This document shows positions 39,394 to 43,370 of a stretch of 43,370 nt of DNA, piece by piece; the stretch's first letter is position 1; every line of letters starts with the position of its first letter. The stretch is from Gemmatimonadales bacterium. GTDB taxonomy: Bacteria; Gemmatimonadota; Gemmatimonadetes; Gemmatimonadales; GWC2-71-9. The position numbers were made by a program, and so were the translations under genes. The stretch lies in contig DATLKW010000027.1 of assembly GCA_035538175.1 (NCBI GenBank), forward strand, positions 1 to 43,370, given 5' to 3'. The notes under the pieces are model-generated. The model did no database searches, had not been told where the DNA came from, and worked only from the letters and a program-made list of their open reading frames with translations.

Positions 39394-39909
39394 TCACGCC
39401 GTGGCCTCGACGTTAGGGAAGGGTGGCACGTCAAGGAACCAGAGCCCGGCGAGCCGGGAGCTCTTGTCCACTTCGACGAGCAGCCGGTCCGCAATGCGCA
39501 CGACGGTGGTCGGGCGTTGGCGTCCGACGCGGATATGGAGCACGGATTCGTTTGGGTTCTTCTCCACCGTGAGGGCCGTATCGACCTCCACGGCGCCGAC
39601 CCCCGGCTGGGATTTACGACCCGGGAACACGACGCGCCCCTCTTTCGCTGGTGCCGGGATCGGGAGGTCGTCTCGCGTGCGGATATCATCTGGCCAGGTG
39701 ACGACGTCGACGCCGCGCAGGCAGCCACTAGCGACGTCGATGACGACGAACGAGCCATCGCCACCTTCTAGGTCCACGGTCCCGTTGAAGCCACTCGTCT
39801 TGCCCCCGCCCTTGCACGCGACGGAGAGGATGTCCGTCTCGGGATCCCAGTGGTAGGTGACCTTCGGGAGTTTGCCGTCAAGCGGCTCGATTCGCGTCTC
39901 GAAGTGCAT
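39394..39909 (-). CDS. Hypothetical protein with two DUF2283-like halves
   Basis: VTYHWDPETDILSVAC....VDLEGGDGSFVVIDV..G.L.GVDVV and a second half, VEVDTALTV....SVLHIRVG....VRIADRLLVEVDKSSRLAGLWFLDV, both resemble the DUF2283 pattern. Confidence 0.45.
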   Translation of the reverse strand: MHFETRIEPLDGKLPKVTYHWDPETDILSVACKGGGKTSGFNGTVDLEGGDGSFVVIDVASGCLRGVDVVTWPDDIRTRDDLPIPAPAKEGRVVFPGRKSQPGVGAVEVDTALTVEKNPNESVLHIRVGRQRPTTVVRIADRLLVEVDKSSRLAGLWFLDVPPFPNVEATA

Positions 39910-39957
39910 CGACGCCCGCGCCTTCCAGCGGTTTCGGGAGGGCGCATAATATAGACC

Positions 39958-39986
39958 GCCCCCTGAGGAGGAGCCAGCGAGGGGGC
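39958..39986 (-). terminator. Hairpin downstream of the aminotransferase gene
   Basis: On the minus strand, GCCCCCT, a 15-nt loop, then AGGGGGC (7-bp GC stem), followed by GGTCTATATTATG. It begins 29 nt after the stop at 40015. The TATATTAT stretch could also serve as a -10 element for the next gene. Confidence 0.35.
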
Positions 39987-40014
39987 AGCGACGACCGCCT
40001 GCGGGCGCGGCCGG

Positions 40015-41208
40015 TCAGTCCGCCAGCTTTTTGGCGAACCCGACGATGCGGTCGAGCCCTCGCTGGAGGCTGTCGGTCGCGGCGGCGTAGGACAGCCGCG
40101 CATAGCGATCGTCGCCGAACGCCGCGCCCGGGACGAGGGCGACCCCGCTCGTGGCGACGAGGCGGGTGCAGAACTCGGTCCCGCCGATCCCGCCGAGCGA
40201 ATCCACGCGGAAGAAGAAGTAGAACGCGCCGAGCGGCTCGACGAACTCAACGCCCGGCAGCTCTTGGCGAAACCGTGTGACTACGAGGTCGCGGCGTCTG
40301 CGGAACTCCGCCACCATACGCCCGACGTCCTGCTCCACGCGCTCGTCTCCGAGGGCCGCAGCGGCCGCCAGTTGGGCAGGGTGATTCGCGCCGGTAGTGG
40401 TGTGCGACTGTAGCGCCGCCATGGCCTTGGCCACGGGGCCCGGCGCCAGCGCGAGCCCGATCCGCCACCCGGTCATCGCGTACGCCTTGCTGACGCCGTA
40501 GATCACCACTACGCGCTCAAGCAGTTCGTCCGGGAGATCGAGGAACGAGGGAGCGGGGCCCGTCCCGTAGTGGATCCGGCGATAGATCTCGTCGGCGATG
40601 ACCCACACCTTGCGCTCCCGGGCCCACTGGGCGATGGCCTTGATCTCGGCGTGCGTGTACACCGCGCCGGTCGGATTGCAGGGCGAGCAGAGCACGAGCC
40701 CGCGCGCCCCAGGAACCACCCGATCCAGGTCCCGCACACTCACCTTGAGGCTCCATTCGGGATCGCCGGCGACGAGGGCCGGTCGGGCGCGCGCGAGATA
40801 GATGATCTGGGGGTAGGACACCCAGGCTGGAGCGGGAATCGCCACGACGTCTCCCGGCCCAAACAGCGTGAAGCACACGTTGAAGAGGGACTGCTTGGAG
40901 CCGTTGGAGACGACGATATGGTCGGCATTGACCGCCCGGCCGCCGGAGAGCAGCGACAGGTGCTTCGCCGCCGCGGCCCGAAGTTCGAGAATGCCTTCGT
41001 TCGCCGGGTAGTGCGTCTTGCCTTCGCGGATGGCGCGGATCCCGGCATCCGCGGGGAGGGTGGGGGTCGGAAAATCGGGTTCTCCCGCGCCCAGATCGAT
41101 CACGTCCTCGCCCGCCGCCTTGCGCCGCTTTGCTTCTTGCGAGATCGCGATCGTCGCCGAGGTCTCGAGGTGCTGCAGGTTGGGGGACAGGCCTGGGGGC
41201 GGCGTCAT
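40015..41208 (-). CDS. Class I pyridoxal-phosphate-dependent (aspartate-type) aminotransferase
   Basis: GEPDFPTP, Y....G...LR, SNGSKQ, NPTG and the PLP-lysine motif SKAYAMTGWRIG are present. I chose ATG 41208 (MTPPPGL); the long upstream ORF extension is compositional. Confidence 0.9.
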   Translation of the reverse strand: MTPPPGLSPNLQHLETSATIAISQEAKRRKAAGEDVIDLGAGEPDFPTPTLPADAGIRAIREGKTHYPANEGILELRAAAAKHLSLLSGGRAVNADHIVVSNGSKQSLFNVCFTLFGPGDVVAIPAPAWVSYPQIIYLARARPALVAGDPEWSLKVSVRDLDRVVPGARGLVLCSPCNPTGAVYTHAEIKAIAQWARERKVWVIADEIYRRIHYGTGPAPSFLDLPDELLERVVVIYGVSKAYAMTGWRIGLALAPGPVAKAMAALQSHTTTGANHPAQLAAAAALGDERVEQDVGRMVAEFRRRRDLVVTRFRQELPGVEFVEPLGAFYFFFRVDSLGGIGGTEFCTRLVATSGVALVPGAAFGDDRYARLSYAAATDSLQRGLDRIVGFAKKLAD

Positions 41209-41332
41209 GGGCGGGACGATAGTCGCGCGACGCAAGTGGGGCAATCCTATGCCGTTCGGGGTGTCAGTTGCCTTTCGCTGCGCCGCGCGGTACGATGCGA
41301 CTCGGCGTTCGCCCTTTGACAACCGAGGACTT

Positions 41333-42637
41333 GTGACGGGAGTGGATGCGAAGGCCGCGCTCGAGCGCGGCAGACCGGTGCTCGTGGTATGCCCTCCGGC
41401 GCCCCAGCGCGTGCCGGCGGTCTGGGATTTCTTGGGGCCGTACCTCGCCAGCGGGGACGCCCGTGGCCGGACGCCGCCGGGGCTCGTTCTCTGCGCTGAC
41501 GAAGCGGCCGCCGCCGAGTGGCCGGCAGCGGCACCCAGCACGCTTCGCGTCCTCGCCGTCACCGGCCTTCGCCGCAGCGCCGAGCGGCTGAAGGAAGGCT
41601 CGGTCCAGGTCCTGTGTGGCGCCGCCAAAGACTTGGCAACGCTGATCCAGCGAGCGGCGCTCAAGGTCGAGGATGTGGCAGTCGTCGTCGTGGCATGGCC
41701 CGAGGCGGTCCTTGCCGGCGAGCACGCCGCGACGCTCGACACTCTCCTCAGCGAAGCGCGACACGCCCGCCGCGTGGTGCTCAGCTGGAATCCCCTGCGT
41801 CTCGCCGATTTCCTCGAGCGTCACGCGCGCCGTCCTCTCGTCGTCGGGACGCCGCCCGTCGATGAGACGGGCGCTCCGCTCCCCCCACTCGGGCGCGCCC
41901 GCTTTTGCGTCGTCGGCCCGGGGCAGCGCGCGGTCGTCACCCGCGATGTCCTAGATGCGTTGCATGCCACGGCACCGCTCCTCTGGGATGGCGGCCCCGT
42001 GCCGCTTGAGGGCGCCTCCACCGAACGCTCGGCGGCTCCCGACGCCGTGGTCTGCTCTACCCTCCCCTCGCGCGAGGAGCTCGCCGCGCTGATGCGATTC
42101 GGCGAGCCGGTGATTCTATTGGGTGCCGCGCAATTGCCGTACCTGCGCTCGCTCGCGACGTTGGTGCCGTTTCCGCTGCCAGGCGCGGCCGATCGAGCCC
42201 GCGACCGCGTCGAGGAGTTGCGCGAGCGGGTCGCCCGCGTGCTCGCCGCACGCGGCGTGGACGCGGAGCTCGCCGTGCTCGATCCGCTGTTCGAGCGCCT
42301 CGAGCCGGCGGAAGTCGCGGGCGCGCTGCTCGCCCTCCTGCGCGAGGCAGAAGCCGCGGGGCGCGACGGAGCGCTGCCTGCTCCTACCGGAGCGACGGCT
42401 TCCGTCCGGGTCTTCGTGGGCGTCGGGAAGCGAGACCACGCGACACCGAAGGACCTCGTCGGTGCGCTGATTCGCGAGGTCGGTGTCCCGAAGGCGGAGA
42501 TCGGGCGGGTCGAGGTACGCGAAACGTTCAGCCTGGTCGAGATCGCGGCAGGTGCCGCGGATCGAGCGGTGCGCGGCCTCACGGGGGCCATGATCCGCGG
42601 TCGACGGGTGGTCGCGCGGCTCGACCGCGACCGTTAG
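41333..42637 (+). CDS. Degenerate DEAD-box-helicase-like protein with intact DbpA-type C-terminal RNA-binding domain
   Basis: The C-terminal VRVFVGVGKRDHATPKDLVGALIREVGVPKAEIGRVEVRETFSLVEI....A..AV..L....IRGRRVV matches the DbpA domain. The upstream two-lobe region aligns with a DEAD-box core, but VVVAWPEA replaces VLDEAD, LSWN replaces SAT, and there is no GKT. The start is GTG 41333 or GTG 41342. Confidence 0.6.
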   Translation: MTGVDAKAALERGRPVLVVCPPAPQRVPAVWDFLGPYLASGDARGRTPPGLVLCADEAAAAEWPAAAPSTLRVLAVTGLRRSAERLKEGSVQVLCGAAKDLATLIQRAALKVEDVAVVVVAWPEAVLAGEHAATLDTLLSEARHARRVVLSWNPLRLADFLERHARRPLVVGTPPVDETGAPLPPLGRARFCVVGPGQRAVVTRDVLDALHATAPLLWDGGPVPLEGASTERSAAPDAVVCSTLPSREELAALMRFGEPVILLGAAQLPYLRSLATLVPFPLPGAADRARDRVEELRERVARVLAARGVDAELAVLDPLFERLEPAEVAGALLALLREAEAAGRDGALPAPTGATASVRVFVGVGKRDHATPKDLVGALIREVGVPKAEIGRVEVRETFSLVEIAAGAADRAVRGLTGAMIRGRRVVARLDRDR

Positions 42638-42748
42638 CGCGACCGCGACGACGGCCGGCGCGGGCTGGCGAGCGATCTTAACCCCCGAGTGCTCGACGGG
42701 CCGCCCAGCGGGGCGACCCGTTCACGACGGCGCAGCCGAGACGACCGG

Positions 42749-43036
42749 TTACTTCTTGTTCACTACCATTTTCAGCTGTTTGCCCGCACGGAATGCGGGC
42801 GCGATCGACGCCTTAATCTGGATGACACCACCCGTTTTGGGATTGCGACCGACGCGGGCGGCGCGCTTGCGGGCCTCGAAGTTGCCAAACCCGGTGATCT
42901 GGACCTTGGCGCCCTTCTTGAGCTCGCCGGCGATGATCCCTTTGTCGTCGAACAGGGCTTCGATCGTCCGCCCGGCATCAGCCTTGGACATCTTCGTCCG
43001 CATGGCCAGTGCCTGGGTCAGCTCGGCTTTATTCAC
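42749..43036 (-). CDS. hup: HU-family nucleoid DNA-binding protein
   Basis: NKAELTQALA...SKADAGRTIEALF and GFGNFEARKRAARVGRNPKTG are present. GTG 43036 has AAGGAG 5 nt upstream. The longer ORF-track start is an extension. Confidence 0.9.
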   Translation of the reverse strand: MNKAELTQALAMRTKMSKADAGRTIEALFDDKGIIAGELKKGAKVQITGFGNFEARKRAARVGRNPKTGGVIQIKASIAPAFRAGKQLKMVVNKK

Positions 43037-43251
43037 GATGACTCCTTGTGGGGGGTAGGGCCGGAAACCCTCGAAAATTCGCCCCTTTCGCGGAGGGGCA
43101 CCCGAAAACCCGCATAAAAACGCCACAATATGGGGTACCCCCCAGAAAAACCGCAAGATATCTGGGTTTTCCTTGACCTCCCTTCCCTCACCCACTACCC
43201 TTTTCCCGCCTCCCGCGTTGTTGCCCGACACCCCCAGCGGTAAGGACCGTC

Positions 43252-43370
43252 ATGTTTCACGCCACGCGCCCGGGTTGGATCGAAGTAATTGCCGGCGTGA
43301 TGTTCTCCGGGAAAAGCGAGGAGCTGGTGCGCCGGGTGCGGCGCGCGGTGATCGCCAGGAAGCGCGTCCA
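43252..43370 (+). CDS. tdk: Thymidine kinase, 5' part only (runs off the window)
   Basis: [39 protein letters not shown] shows the Tdk N-terminal P-loop [10 protein letters not shown]. Confidence 0.8.
   Translation, partial: MFHATRPGWIEVIAGVMFSGKSEELVRRVRRAVIARKRV

Overview
This is a high-GC (roughly 70%) bacterial chromosomal segment from a diderm organism, judged from OMP beta-barrels, lipoproteins and System I cytochrome c maturation genes. I call about 43 densely packed protein genes, many joined by 4-nt stop/start overlaps (ATGA, GTGA, TTGA). I recognised no rRNA, tRNA, CRISPR array, transposase or integrase. Most content is housekeeping: DUF721-gyrB, ligA, folE, ccmE-ccmF-ccmH, tldD/pmbA, deoA, tdk, HU, mtnA, pepP, an acyl-CoA ligase and an aminotransferase. 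The most system-like locus is a minus-strand operon at about 31.9-39.2 kb. It encodes a UbiG-like methyltransferase, a NurA-like nuclease, a HerA-like ATPase with a deviant P-loop, SbcD/Mre11 with GEHD instead of GNHD, SbcC/Rad50 and a GNAT. That is an archaeal-style HerA-NurA-Mre11-Rad50 end-resection module in a bacterial context. Other notable points: (1) a CcmE with the rare CxxxY (Cys instead of His) heme-binding motif, next to a CcmH-like protein that has CTCGC instead of CxxC; (2) a catalytically decayed DEAD-box/DbpA paralog; (3) an OMP gene broken by two frameshifts; (4) two genes whose only plausible start is CTG inside a CTGA junction; (5) a 5'-truncated LivK-like fragment at the window edge; (6) a transglutaminase-fold protease coupled to an ABC exporter. 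All calls rest on reading the ORF translations, motifs and junctions by eye. No database search was run.
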